A DNA stretch of 64,000 nt from a virus, in the UHGV virus genome UHGV-0125821; one strand, given 5' to 3'. The stretch's first letter is position 1. Every line of letters begins with the position of its first letter. A model generated the notes under the pieces. That model was given only the letters and a program-made list of their open reading frames with translations, was not told the origin of the DNA and made no database searches. Positions 18,618 to 28,215 of this stretch are shown piece after piece. A program made the position numbers and the translations under genes.

Positions 18618-18813
18618 GCTTCACCTCGATAGGCTTGATGGTGTCTAACAGCAGTCGACGGCGCGTATTTTCTGCAAAGTGGCGGCGTCCGGTATCTTTG
18701 TGGTAAAACTCATTTTTGCCGACGACCCACATCCGCTCTGTTTGGTGCAGTTTTTTTACCTGCGGACCGTCTTTGGTGATCACGGTGCCGGTATGGGTTT
18801 TTACGATTGTCAT
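18610..18813 (-). CDS. hypothetical protein
   Basis: 67-aa ORF. Confidence 0.45.
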   Translation of the reverse strand: MTIVKTHTGTVITKDGPQVKKLHQTERMWVVGKNEFYHKDTGRRHFAENTRRRLLLDTIKPIEVKHV

Positions 18814-18896
18814 GCCACTACCTCTTCGAACAGATGAACGAGACAGGCCGATGCTCGTCCACCTAAAAAGCTGACGACTTGATGCATACTCACGGT

Positions 18897-19589
18897 TTAT
18901 TCCTGAATGCGCTTAAACTCAATTACCCATACCCACGGGTTAGATAGCCAGTTATCCTGCCCGTAAATACTGCGCCAGATATCACCAAAACCAACGCGAT
19001 AAACAGCTTCCGGCGGTGTAATTTTGTACATCGCCGGAGATGCGCCTTCTGCTTTAGCATCTGCCTCGCTCATATCACGCAGCCGTTCCACACGCACGTC
19101 GGTAATTTCCAGCAAAATGCGCGATGCCCAGCGCGGCATGTGAATTGATGGACACCACCCGCCATCAAATTTTTCATTCACAGTGTGAGGTTTCCAGTCG
19201 GCATCATCGGGTATCGACCACAAGCCGTAATCACCCGGCTTTTGCTCACAACTGGCCCGATAAATCCTTGCTGCGTTCTTCTCATCGCCACGACAAAGGT
19301 TGTCGTTCCAGTCCACACTGCAACCATCCTCATTGCCTAATATCGCCCACGCCTCACGGACCCATATGCGATCACCAACGTTACCGAACGGGCATAAACC
19401 ATGTTCAGGTGCATCCATAACGTGGGTATAGACACCATTGCGTTTCTTTGTCGGTTTACGGATAACCAGGCAGTTATCGGCCCTGACATTTTTTACAGGT
19501 CGGCGAGTCTGCGTCTTCCTTCCTTCGAGGATGGCCCTGACCATCTCATCGTTAAAAATCATCCCGCGTTCTTTCATTTTTTGATCCAC
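18897..19589 (-). CDS. hypothetical protein, ASCH/PUA-like N-terminus
   Basis: MIFNDEMVRAILEGRKTQTRR pattern; start codon uncertain. Confidence 0.55.
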   Translation of the reverse strand: MDQKMKERGMIFNDEMVRAILEGRKTQTRRPVKNVRADNCLVIRKPTKKRNGVYTHVMDAPEHGLCPFGNVGDRIWVREAWAILGNEDGCSVDWNDNLCRGDEKNAARIYRASCEQKPGDYGLWSIPDDADWKPHTVNEKFDGGWCPSIHMPRWASRILLEITDVRVERLRDMSEADAKAEGASPAMYKITPPEAVYRVGFGDIWRSIYGQDNWLSNPWVWVIEFKRIQE

Positions 19590-19593
19590 CTCA

Positions 19594-20589
19594 TCAGTTA
19601 TTGAAAGTGATCACTCCGCGCTCGATGGCGAAGTCAAAAAGCTGGTTAGCGGCTACGTAAAGGCGTATGCCATGTGCTTTTTCCCATGCCCGAACATCGT
19701 TTTCTGCGCTTCTGGCGCAGTCATCGCAAAGAGGAACAGCCCAGCGGTCGTGTTCGTTTAACGAGCGGGCGCGGTACATGAACGGGTGGTTAACTTTGCC
19801 ACCGCATCCGATGCACGGACGAGAAACCACAAACCGGAGATAAGCCGGGCTTTTACCGAGGACCGCTTTTGGTCGGCGCATATAAAGCAGACCGGAATCC
19901 TCATCTACAGACAGGTTGACGATCTGCTCTGCGGTTATGTCCACCAGCTCACGGGTGCTGTGCTCCCAGGTGATATCTGATTCTTTCAGCGTACCGGTAG
20001 GGATTTCAGTTTTTGGCTGACAAAATGCAATGCGACCGGCTTCATCTGGCAGCTCATCTTTCAGATTCCGGCGAATGGCCCAAAAAGTGAGTTCAACCAT
20101 GCTCAGATCGCGTTCTGGCGGTAGTTTTAACTCGCTCGCAGCCCAGTTCATAACCCAGTTGGCACGATTCAGGGATAACTGGTCGTCCAGCTTGCTGTAC
20201 CCCTTCATCATGTATTCCGCATCATGCTTCCAGCACAGGCGAACGGCAGAGCCGTTATAGAAATGGGTGGTTAGCTGGTGGCTGCAATCGCGCTTATCGT
20301 GCGCCTGGCAATCGTGGATATTGGAACTTACCCAATGAACAAGCGAATCTTCACCGCCCAACGCGTTAAATACGCGCTCGCTTTGAAAAAACGGTTTCAG
20401 AGACTGGTTGGCAACCAGCGAATAATTCAGATCCACTACGCCATCTGGCGTGTTTTCAGCCTGTTCACGCGGAAGTGGGGAGATAATGAAACGGCGACCT
20501 GCGCCAATGTAGTTGCTGGTGGGCTTGTCTACCGGAAAGACAGCCACACCAGCTCCGTTTACGAAATGAGGTGTGATTATTGCACTCAT
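19594..20589 (-). CDS. hypothetical protein with C-terminal Cys/His cluster (possible DUF968-like)
   Basis: CIGCGGKVNH ... CDDCA near C-terminus. Confidence 0.55.
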   Translation of the reverse strand: MSAIITPHFVNGAGVAVFPVDKPTSNYIGAGRRFIISPLPREQAENTPDGVVDLNYSLVANQSLKPFFQSERVFNALGGEDSLVHWVSSNIHDCQAHDKRDCSHQLTTHFYNGSAVRLCWKHDAEYMMKGYSKLDDQLSLNRANWVMNWAASELKLPPERDLSMVELTFWAIRRNLKDELPDEAGRIAFCQPKTEIPTGTLKESDITWEHSTRELVDITAEQIVNLSVDEDSGLLYMRRPKAVLGKSPAYLRFVVSRPCIGCGGKVNHPFMYRARSLNEHDRWAVPLCDDCARSAENDVRAWEKAHGIRLYVAANQLFDFAIERGVITFNN

Positions 20590-20630
20590 AATGTATACCG
20601 ACTCTGTTTTGTTCCGAGCGGTAAAATAAT

Positions 20631-20667
20631 ATGTTAGAAAACTAAAATCAATGTTCTAACACATTTT
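20631..20667. promoter_or_regulatory. inverted pair of operator-like motifs
   Basis: ATGTTAGAAAACTAAAAT and TGTTCTAACACA facing each other. Confidence 0.5.
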
Positions 20668-20686
20668 GAGTGCGTAAATGATTTGA

Positions 20687-21367
20687 TCAGACTTTAAGCT
20701 GCCCTCCCTTCACCTGCATTAGCGTCAGATTTCCACAAAAAACCGCGCCCGTGTCTATGTAGTGCTGATTCCAGTATGCTTTTGGTCTTCGTACCGGTGT
20801 GTGCCCAAAGATAAAGCGATCTGCGCCTGTGATTTCTCCACCAATGCCATCTATCGAATCACCGACGCGACTGCGCGACCAGACAACATCAAAAAGCGAT
20901 ACATCCTTACCGAACTGGTACTCTCCACCTGGATAGTCGGCATGGGCTATAACGATAGTTTCATGTCCGGTGTTCAACTCAATGATATATGGCAGACGCT
21001 TTACCAGCTCCACCAGCGCCTTGGCTAATATTTCCTGATCAGTGTCCAGCATGAAGAACCATTGTCCGCCATTCATTAGCCAGTTATTCACGTTGCCATC
21101 TGGACTTAACGCATCAAGCATCAACCGCTCATGGTTCCCCATTACTGCCCTGAACCAGGGCATCTGCAATAGTTCCAGACATTCGACATTTTCAGTACCG
21201 CGATCGATAAGGTCGCCAACCGATATCAGTAAATCCTGCGCCGGGTCAAAATCCACACGATGGAGTTCGGACATCAGTCTGGTGTAGCAACCATGCAGAT
21301 CACCAACTACCCATATGTTTCTGTAGCCAGAACCATCAATACGGCTATATAAATTCACTTCATGCAT
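20687..21367 (-). CDS. Ser/Thr protein phosphatase (lambda PPase-like)
   Basis: GDLHG, GDLIDRG, GNHE motifs; start set at MHEVNLYS. Confidence 0.8.
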   Translation of the reverse strand: MHEVNLYSRIDGSGYRNIWVVGDLHGCYTRLMSELHRVDFDPAQDLLISVGDLIDRGTENVECLELLQMPWFRAVMGNHERLMLDALSPDGNVNNWLMNGGQWFFMLDTDQEILAKALVELVKRLPYIIELNTGHETIVIAHADYPGGEYQFGKDVSLFDVVWSRSRVGDSIDGIGGEITGADRFIFGHTPVRRPKAYWNQHYIDTGAVFCGNLTLMQVKGGQLKV

Positions 21368-21375
21368 AGCTTGGA

Positions 21376-21687
21376 TCATGCGGCAACCTTCTCCCGCAGC
21401 CAGATACAAACTGGACCATCTTCAGTGTCATGAATAGAGCCAACAAACCAGCCTTCACCCTCTGGTCGCTCCGGTTCCCAGGCGGCAATATCGGGACCAG
21501 CTGCGTCCATATCAAAATCATCTTCATCCATACTGCGAATAGTCCACTGAAGATTATTTTCCTTCATCCAGGCGTCAAATTCCTCAGTGGAAATATATTC
21601 ACGACCTGCGCAAAACTTCTCATACTCCGGATGTGTCCAGCAGCCATATTCATCACGTTCTACCGGCATTTCTTTAATTGTGTTCAC
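21376..21687 (-). CDS. hypothetical protein
   Basis: 103-aa ORF. Confidence 0.5.
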   Translation of the reverse strand: MNTIKEMPVERDEYGCWTHPEYEKFCAGREYISTEEFDAWMKENNLQWTIRSMDEDDFDMDAAGPDIAAWEPERPEGEGWFVGSIHDTEDGPVCIWLREKVAA

Positions 21688-21908
21688 TCTTCATCCTCCA
21701 AATCAGCAACCGCGTCCATCACATCAGAACCGCGAATAACTTCAAAAGCGCGGCAGGCCATTTGAAATACCCGTTGCTCTTGCGGGTGCGGAGACTCCCA
21801 ATATTTGAAGCCTGGGCGATGCGTGTACCCCATCATGGAATAAAAATCGCCAGCAAGTTCAATCGCGGCATCAACAAGTTCGCGATTTGTCATCGTCTGT
21901 TCTGTCAT
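21684..21908 (-). CDS. hypothetical protein
   Basis: 74-aa ORF. Confidence 0.45.
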   Translation of the reverse strand: MTEQTMTNRELVDAAIELAGDFYSMMGYTHRPGFKYWESPHPQEQRVFQMACRAFEVIRGSDVMDAVADLEDEE

Positions 21909-22195
21909 TTGGTTTTCTCCTGTCTGAACATCACTATCATCAGGTCGCCTTTTGTCGCTATTCTGGCTGTTGTGCCTGGTTCAATGCTGCCAAGTTCAAA
22001 TGCGTCATAGAACGCTTCTAATGCCTTCTGGCGTAGTTCCTGTTTGCGCCGTTTTTTCCACTGTTTCAGGAAAATGGAACCCAGCCATCGCCATGTACGG
22101 GACATGATGTAAAGCCAACCGAGAAGTGCCAGACCGGAATTTAGGAGCGTATCGATCGTTATTGTCGTGTCGATATTCATTGGATTCTGCCTCAT
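21905..22195 (-). CDS. small membrane protein
   Basis: TM segment LLNSGLALLGWLYIM, basic stretch after it. Confidence 0.45.
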   Translation of the reverse strand: MRQNPMNIDTTITIDTLLNSGLALLGWLYIMSRTWRWLGSIFLKQWKKRRKQELRQKALEAFYDAFELGSIEPGTTARIATKGDLMIVMFRQEKTK

Positions 22196-22271
22196 CTTTT
22201 TTCATCGTATCCCCCTCCCATGCGGGGCGACGGTGCGCCCCGTTAAAATTCAAAGTGATCAAATTCGTCAT

Positions 22272-22595
22272 TCATTTTCTTAAGTCCTCTTCCCGGATAA
22301 CGTTGTTGCACGCATCCACACACTCGTCGCAGATGAAAACGTCTTCCCCGGCAATTAACTTTTTGACGGCGTGCTGTGGTTTATTGCAGAAGCTGCAATA
22401 AAGCGTTCGCCTGACTGATACGGATGGTGCGCCAGATGTCAGCCGCGCGATGTCGTTCTTGCGACGCAATATCACACGGCTGCACTCGACCAGCATCTCC
22501 GGGGATATCTTCTCCTCCGTAGCGAGCGTTTCTAATCGTTCGAGTATGTGGAAGGCTTTTTCCTGGGTAATTGCAGAATGCGATGTGGTCATCAT
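22272..22595 (-). CDS. ClpX N-terminal zinc-binding-domain-like protein
   Basis: C-terminal [39 protein letters not shown] parallels ClpX ZBD; no AAA+ module. Confidence 0.65.
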   Translation of the reverse strand: MMTTSHSAITQEKAFHILERLETLATEEKISPEMLVECSRVILRRKNDIARLTSGAPSVSVRRTLYCSFCNKPQHAVKKLIAGEDVFICDECVDACNNVIREEDLRK

Positions 22596-23260
22596 CTTTT
22601 CCCTTCAAAGTTCGGGCGCAGGCAGGATTGTCCTTTACGAAGCAGGGCTGCGAACCTGTCAGCCGCATCCGCGCAAGCAGAAGCAACGGAATCAAAAAAT
22701 GGATCATCTCCGGTATCGCGCATCGTCAAAGCGAATGCCTCCAATCCCTGAGCCTGTATTTCAACAAGGTAAGCTTCAGATGTAGTGCTTTTCGCCTCGC
22801 CTAATTTGTTATGAGCTATGTTCGCTACACATGCGATGTCTATATCTGGATGATTAATTGGGAGATGGCTAAGAATTTCCTCAAGTGCTGCTTTTTTGTT
22901 TTGGCATTCCGCCACCAGCGCCCCGCAATTGCTTTCCAGCTCTGCAATACACTTTTTAGCGGCTTCCAGCTCAACACGCAGATTCTCAAGCGTTAGAGCC
23001 ATCTCCACGTTCTCGTCCAGCAGTTCAATCACATCAGGATCGCTATCATCAACTACTGTTATGCGCGATTTTTTGTAATGCTCGTCAGCATAAGTTCGTC
23101 CAGTTTTGAAGCATCCGTCATCCTCCATGCCAGAACAGGCATAAACAACATGTGATCCAGATATGCGCTGCATTGACATTTCCTCGCCACAAACAGAGCA
23201 TTTAGGCGCTGGTTTCGGTGAAAAACGTTCACGTAACGTCTGATAATAAAGCTCGCTCAC
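22592..23260 (-). CDS. Ea22-like family protein
   Basis: N-terminus [11 protein letters not shown], coiled-coil middle; GTG start overlapping upstream stop. Confidence 0.6.
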   Translation of the reverse strand: MSELYYQTLRERFSPKPAPKCSVCGEEMSMQRISGSHVVYACSGMEDDGCFKTGRTYADEHYKKSRITVVDDSDPDVIELLDENVEMALTLENLRVELEAAKKCIAELESNCGALVAECQNKKAALEEILSHLPINHPDIDIACVANIAHNKLGEAKSTTSEAYLVEIQAQGLEAFALTMRDTGDDPFFDSVASACADAADRFAALLRKGQSCLRPNFEGKR

Positions 23261-23766
23261 TGGATGACTCCTTTACGAAGCTGTTCGGCGATATCTTCGA
23301 GAACGCCATCAGAGAATGAGCGATCAAAATCGCCTTCCGGCGCATTAGCCATAAACTCAGTAGAGGTAAGAATCATCCGGGCAATATCCGCGGCGTTCTT
23401 CGCAGTATCATCAATAAAACCAGCTTTCCAGGCAGCCAGCATTCTGTTCGCCACAAAGTAAGCGCCCTCCTTGCGTGCTTCAGTCTTCACTTCATCCAGG
23501 AAAGTGTCGGTCGCAGGAGTAGTTTTTTGTGGTGATAGGGCGATACGAATTGTTTCAAGAGCTGGATCTATTTCCACTGTTGGCACCTTGATAAAACCAA
23601 GCTGCACGCCATTCATAATGAACGTGCGGCGATCCTCACATATCGCCTTCAGTCTCGCATTCTCCGCAGCCAGCGCCGCGCGCTCTTTCTCAAGTCGGGA
23701 AATTTCCGTTACATACTCAGCGTTACGCTCTGCCAGTTGTGCGGGCGTTAAACCTTCAGACTTCAT
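23257..23766 (-). CDS. hypothetical protein with RKG..Q C-terminal module
   Basis: ends EQLRKGVIQ. Confidence 0.55.
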   Translation of the reverse strand: MKSEGLTPAQLAERNAEYVTEISRLEKERAALAAENARLKAICEDRRTFIMNGVQLGFIKVPTVEIDPALETIRIALSPQKTTPATDTFLDEVKTEARKEGAYFVANRMLAAWKAGFIDDTAKNAADIARMILTSTEFMANAPEGDFDRSFSDGVLEDIAEQLRKGVIQ

Positions 23767-24073
23767 ACACTCTCCTTTCGAAATAAACGTACTGATTAAT
23801 CATGCCCAGGGGCATTTCGAGTTTTTCCGCGATCTCACGGCGGGGAACACCACACTGATGAAGCTGCCGTGCCAGTTCTATATCGCTCTGCCGGTATTTG
23901 GCTGACGGATGAAAGTCTCCTTTCAGAATCATGCTGATCCCCAACTCCCGCGCTTTAGTCCTGACGGCATCACCGGTACGACCGATCAGCTTCCCAATAC
24001 TCTCGACCGTCATAGTTCCGGCGCACTGGCGGAGTATCATGATTTCTGCCCTTCCCCATCCCCGCCAGCTCAC
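23756..24073 (-). CDS. hypothetical protein, possible HTH
   Basis: two HTH-like segments. Confidence 0.45.
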   Translation of the reverse strand: MSWRGWGRAEIMILRQCAGTMTVESIGKLIGRTGDAVRTKARELGISMILKGDFHPSAKYRQSDIELARQLHQCGVPRREIAEKLEMPLGMINQYVYFERRVYEV

Positions 24074-24708
24074 GCAGAACTCCTTCTAACCAAAAGAACG
24101 CCATCTTCAGAAACAACGTTGCAGGACTTCAGGTAATTCATTGCCTCTTTCGGTAATGGATTCTTTGGATCGGCGTTTGCCAGGGATTTCGATAACCTCA
24201 TGATAAATTTGATCATTACCTTCTGGCGGAGCTTGTGCTCATGAGATAAAGAAAGGTAATAGGAAATGGTATGGGCTAAACGCTCACGAAGCTGTTCTGT
24301 GCCGTGATATACAGCAGCGATATCACGCAGTGCATTGACCAGTTCCCGGTAAATATGTGGAGCAACCTGGCATTCAATGTTGGTTGGTGACTCATAAATT
24401 ACAGTCAGCCCCAGCTTTTCAGCCAGCGCGTGCTCTGCACGAGCACCAACCGATTCTTCCCATTGATTGAGCAAATAGATCGCATCAGCAGAACGCACCA
24501 TTGCCAGGCAAATATCCATGTATTCACTCTGGCAAAGGCCACCAGGTAACACCGCTGGATTCAGAACGATATGCCCTTCAGCCATCAGCTCGCTCGCTTT
24601 CGCATTAAACGCCGCACGGTTGTAATCTGGATAACCAGTCATCGGCCCCGCGATGTAAATTTTCAAAACACGTTTCACCATCAAAATTTCCCCAAAATCG
24701 TGACGCAA
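24070..24708 (-). CDS. DUF4406-like (deoxyribosyltransferase-fold) protein with C-terminal extension
   Basis: KIYIAGPMTGYPDYNRAAF...HIVLNP; true start may be the internal Met. Confidence 0.55.
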   Translation of the reverse strand: MRHDFGEILMVKRVLKIYIAGPMTGYPDYNRAAFNAKASELMAEGHIVLNPAVLPGGLCQSEYMDICLAMVRSADAIYLLNQWEESVGARAEHALAEKLGLTVIYESPTNIECQVAPHIYRELVNALRDIAAVYHGTEQLRERLAHTISYYLSLSHEHKLRQKVMIKFIMRLSKSLANADPKNPLPKEAMNYLKSCNVVSEDGVLLVRRSSA

Positions 24709-24872
24709 AACATAAGCACTGCGAAAAGCTCAATACCAAGCTCAAGTAGCGCCAACGCCCCGAAAAACAACACATAGAACAGGCCAATCTCATTCACAGA
24801 TGGCTGGTGGATCGCACTTAAAGCTATAAGCATCATGTCCTCCAAACAGTTATCAGGAATGATATTAATGTT

Positions 24873-24906
24873 TTGTGTTAGAAAATCAATTTTGAATATC
24901 TAACTG
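24873..24906. promoter_or_regulatory. operator-like motif with partial inverted half-site
   Basis: TGTGTTAGAAAATCAA ... TATCTAACTG in divergent promoter region. Confidence 0.45.
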
Positions 24907-24953
24907 TTTTGATCAATCATAGAAAAATAGCTGAAAAGTAAGAGGCAGCCATC

Positions 24954-25532
24954 ATGCAGAAACAGAGCTATTGGGAGAAACAGAGACAAAAAGCCATGCA
25001 AAAATTGGCTGACCCAGCCTGGCGAGAGGAACAAAGGGCAAAGCGCCTTCAACAAGCTCAACGCCAGCAGCAACGAGCGAGAGAAAAAGCCGCATCGCCT
25101 GAATATCGGCAAAAGAGAATTGAAAAAGCAAAGCAATATGACCAGCGGAGAAAAGAGAAAACTGTATCCGCTCCGTCCAAAAAAACACGCACGTCACGCG
25201 GCCTGAAGGGCAGATCACTCACAGCCGATGAACGCCGGATACAGACCGCTATCGGTACTCTCCCCTGCATTGCCTGCCATATTCACGGGCAACATAGCCC
25301 AGTGGTATCCCTGCACCATATCTTCGGGAGAACGGCAGAGAACGCGCATAAATATGTCCTCCCTTTGTGTAAATGGCACCACCAGTACGCAGCGCCAGCC
25401 GAGGTCCGAGAACAATATCCCTGGCTGGTCCCTGTTCATGCTGACGGAAAAATAGGCGGAAAAGCAGATTTCATGCGGCACAATGCCGATGAAATGACGT
25501 TATATCAGATGGCGATTGAATTGATAAATTAG
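24954..25532 (+). CDS. ref: HNH-type endonuclease, Ref-like
   Basis: LPCIACHIHG ... LHHIFGRT ... LCKWHHQ His/Cys motifs; similarity to P1 Ref is from memory. Confidence 0.6.
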   Translation: MQKQSYWEKQRQKAMQKLADPAWREEQRAKRLQQAQRQQQRAREKAASPEYRQKRIEKAKQYDQRRKEKTVSAPSKKTRTSRGLKGRSLTADERRIQTAIGTLPCIACHIHGQHSPVVSLHHIFGRTAENAHKYVLPLCKWHHQYAAPAEVREQYPWLVPVHADGKIGGKADFMRHNADEMTLYQMAIELIN

Positions 25533-25548
25533 TTTTCTAACATTTTAA
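25531..25548. promoter_or_regulatory. operator-like motif copy
   Basis: AAATGTTAGAAAACT on minus strand. Confidence 0.45.
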
Positions 25549-25777
25549 GTTGAATTGTAAATTTCTCCGATGTACATTCACTACCGATTGGCACACCGGT
25601 CAACTTTTTGAGACAAACTGTTTAGTTTTTCGTATTATTGCCGCCGCCATACCTATGGCGGTGCAATATAGGTGGCTGAAAAGCCCCCGTTGACTCACGG
25701 TGTTCCAGCCTTTATTGCGCCGCCACCAGACCGTGGAACAGTCGATGGCGGCTCCGAAAGCAAGGAGTCACTACACT

Positions 25778-25867
25778 ATGAACAACTACAGTCTTTTCCC
25801 ATCACTCGTCGTCCACCACTCACGCGATAATCTGCATTCTTTACTCGCGCTGGGGGTGTCAAAATGA
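25778..25867 (+). CDS. 29-aa ORF coupled to next ORF
   Basis: SD AAGGAG 10 nt upstream; stop TGA overlaps next ATG. Confidence 0.3.
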   Translation: MNNYSLFPSLVVHHSRDNLHSLLALGVSK

Positions 25868-26031
25868 CTGTTCGCTACCTCAACTTTCAAATCAAGAACA
25901 TTACTGGCGGTTGCTATGACTGGTTTGTCACTCTCGGAAAAGAAGTGATCACCGGGAAGCTGGATGAAGTGAAAGCTAAAGCAATGGCCTACGCCTGCAA
26001 GCAAGCCCGGAAGAAATCCGCCAAAGCATAA
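25864..26031 (+). CDS. 55-aa hypothetical protein
   Basis: MTVRYLNFQIKNITGGCYDWFV...; followed by terminator. Confidence 0.35.
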   Translation: MTVRYLNFQIKNITGGCYDWFVTLGKEVITGKLDEVKAKAMAYACKQARKKSAKA

Positions 26032-26135
26032 AATACTGACTGTTGCGCCCTGGCATTATCGTGGGGTATATTTCTACGGCACCTTAGAAAAACGGGTGCC
26101 GGGATTGGAACCCCGGATAATGCAAAAGGCGACAC

Positions 26136-26160
26136 AGACGCCGAAAGCGTCTTTTTTTTT
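26136..26160 (+). terminator. intrinsic terminator
   Basis: GACGC cgaaa GCGTC followed by T9. Confidence 0.6.
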
Positions 26161-26345
26161 GTGTCATGCCATCGCACAGCCATACGTAGCGTTTAGCTCA
26201 GAGATCAATGGTAGTGCTGGCTGGGCTGCCGAAAGGCAGGCCGGTTCCCTTTTGCGCCGGTAGTTCCAACCCAGTCAGTGCTACCGCCATTGAGATTGGA
26301 ACCTCACGCGGTAGCTCCTTAAATTAGCAAAAGGAGGCTGCCAAT

Positions 26346-26516
26346 ATGGCTACTATCCCTACCCCAACTCATTCTGAATTTATCTGGCGTTTCTATTCCT
26401 GCCAAAAGCACCTGTATATCTGCGTCATGGCTGCTACCGAATCAGAGGCGCGCTCATACCTTCCCGAAGAACCCTGCATTTTTGCTGCTCGCTTCACTCT
26501 AATTGAAAGGTCTTAA
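26346..26516 (+). CDS. 56-aa hypothetical protein
   Basis: strong SD AGGAGG; MATIPTPTHSEFIWRFYSCQ... Confidence 0.4.
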   Translation: MATIPTPTHSEFIWRFYSCQKHLYICVMAATESEARSYLPEEPCIFAARFTLIERS

Positions 26517-26638
26517 CGATAGTCTGCCACGAATAGTTACTTCCACTGCCTAAAGTTATTTAATTGCATTACAAAGTGTAAATTAGTAACATTAGAATCT
26601 CACACAGCACTATAACTATATGTTTTTTATGTAAAAGG

Positions 26639-26998
26639 ATGATAATCGTGGCTACTAAAATTAAACTTGAAAACCCTCAAACTGGCGAATCAATCACCGG
26701 TTTTTATGGTTTTTCCTGGACTACATTCTTGTTTGGTGCTTTTCCAGCTTTGTTCAGGAAAGACTTTATAACTTTTATTGGGGTATTTGTAGTGATGCTG
26801 ATACTGGCATTCCTCACAGCCGGAATTGGCCCGTGGATTGCCTCATTTATCTGGGCGTTCATGTATAATAAATATTTCACCGTAAATAAGATAAAACAAG
26901 GCTTCATTTTTGCTGGTTCTCACACAGAAAATGAGTTGGCTGCTAGCAAGCTAGGATTGTCATTAAATCAAAACAACTGCAAAACTATTACCGAGTAA
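26639..26998 (+). CDS. membrane protein (2-3 TM helices), AT-rich gene
   Basis: 119 aa; low GC relative to backbone. Confidence 0.6.
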   Translation: MIIVATKIKLENPQTGESITGFYGFSWTTFLFGAFPALFRKDFITFIGVFVVMLILAFLTAGIGPWIASFIWAFMYNKYFTVNKIKQGFIFAGSHTENELAASKLGLSLNQNNCKTITE

Positions 26999-27006
26999 AG
27001 CCAAAA

Positions 27007-27030
27007 AGCAGGCTTAATAGTAAGCCTGCT
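27007..27030. terminator. 10-bp hairpin between convergent genes
   Basis: AGCAGGCTTA atag TAAGCCTGCT. Confidence 0.5.
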
Positions 27031-27037
27031 ATGTCAA

Positions 27038-27871
27038 TCACGAATCTCTCTGACAATTCAGAAACATAAACGCCCGCTTGTCTGTTAAATCCGTAACATA
27101 ATACTCTCTCATGCCTGTAGGTTTTATTCTACGAGCATATACAAACTTATGAACTGGTTGTTTTTCCCCATAACTTACATCAGTCCTAAATTCATCAACC
27201 ACGCTACCATCTTTTTCAGTTTCCTTTCTCACTAGCTGATTTTCTAATACAGGCTTTGATTCGTCCATGCCACTAAAAGCATCCTGACCTGTGCTGTTGC
27301 CTCGGTTTCCGCGTGGCAAATCCCATGAAAAATAAGTGCCATAGTCAGTAATCACACGATCCCATGTTCCGGAATCCCCCATATAGTTAGAACGCTCCCC
27401 CTTGTAAGTTACAGCCACCTTACAGGCATACGTTTCACCATTATTTTTTTTATCATGTCCAGCCATGCTTGCAGGAGTTGCAGGGGAATTATGAATAGAT
27501 GCGCTTACATCATCTTGCGTTAATTCCTCAACTGGAGCAAATTCATATATGGGTGTGCCGAGGCTATTTAAATATAACTTATATCTAACCCTAAGCGCAC
27601 TTCCATCAGAGAATTCATACGTTCCCAGACATTGGAGCTTATTTTTTTCTCTTATCTCATTGATCTGATTATAAGCATCAATTACAGAGATTGCTTCCTG
27701 ATCGTCCTTAAGCAGTTCATTATAATCATCGATTAACATCTGTCTGGTTTTAGGGGCATTACAGTCAATTTTGCTAAAATCATAAGCAAAGGCAAATGTG
27801 GGAACAGAGAGAGCAACAACAGTAGCAAGTATTGTTGAGGAACATCTTTTCCCATTTTTTATAAAAAACAT
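27038..27871 (-). CDS. secreted protein with cleavable signal peptide, AT-rich gene
   Basis: start set at MFFIKNGKR (SD GGAG); signal peptide ending AFA; 4 Cys in mature part. Confidence 0.6.
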   Translation of the reverse strand: MFFIKNGKRCSSTILATVVALSVPTFAFAYDFSKIDCNAPKTRQMLIDDYNELLKDDQEAISVIDAYNQINEIREKNKLQCLGTYEFSDGSALRVRYKLYLNSLGTPIYEFAPVEELTQDDVSASIHNSPATPASMAGHDKKNNGETYACKVAVTYKGERSNYMGDSGTWDRVITDYGTYFSWDLPRGNRGNSTGQDAFSGMDESKPVLENQLVRKETEKDGSVVDEFRTDVSYGEKQPVHKFVYARRIKPTGMREYYVTDLTDKRAFMFLNCQRDS

Positions 27872-28163
27872 TTCATTAACTCCATACTTTACCATCTTAG
27901 CCGCGAGCGCGGTCCCTAAAACCCTTAACTTCACTGCACCGTCCTTCATGCAATCAAAATGACTTTTATGTTATAAAAATAATCAGCAAAATCAACATGA
28001 TTTAGGCCAAATTTCGGTCAAAAATAAAATCCACAAAAAGTGGTTGACACTATTTTGGAAATCACAAACTGCACATAATCCATCGCGCTAACGGCTCCCG
28101 TTGAAGGTTCTTTTGACGATTAACTTTCAGCCGAAGCGCGGTAGGGAGTCATAACGCCAAAGC

Positions 28164-28188
28164 AGGCCGCCATGTGCGGCCTTTTTTT
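28164..28188 (+). terminator. intrinsic terminator immediately upstream of next gene
   Basis: AGGCCGC catgt GCGGCCT followed by T7. Confidence 0.55.
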
Positions 28189-28215
28189 GTATCCGTCATC
28201 CGTGGAGGAAGGACA

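Noticed and set aside
25786-26004. Minus-strand 72-aa ORF
   Set aside because: Overlaps two plus-strand small ORFs that have good SDs and translational coupling and end at a plus-strand terminator
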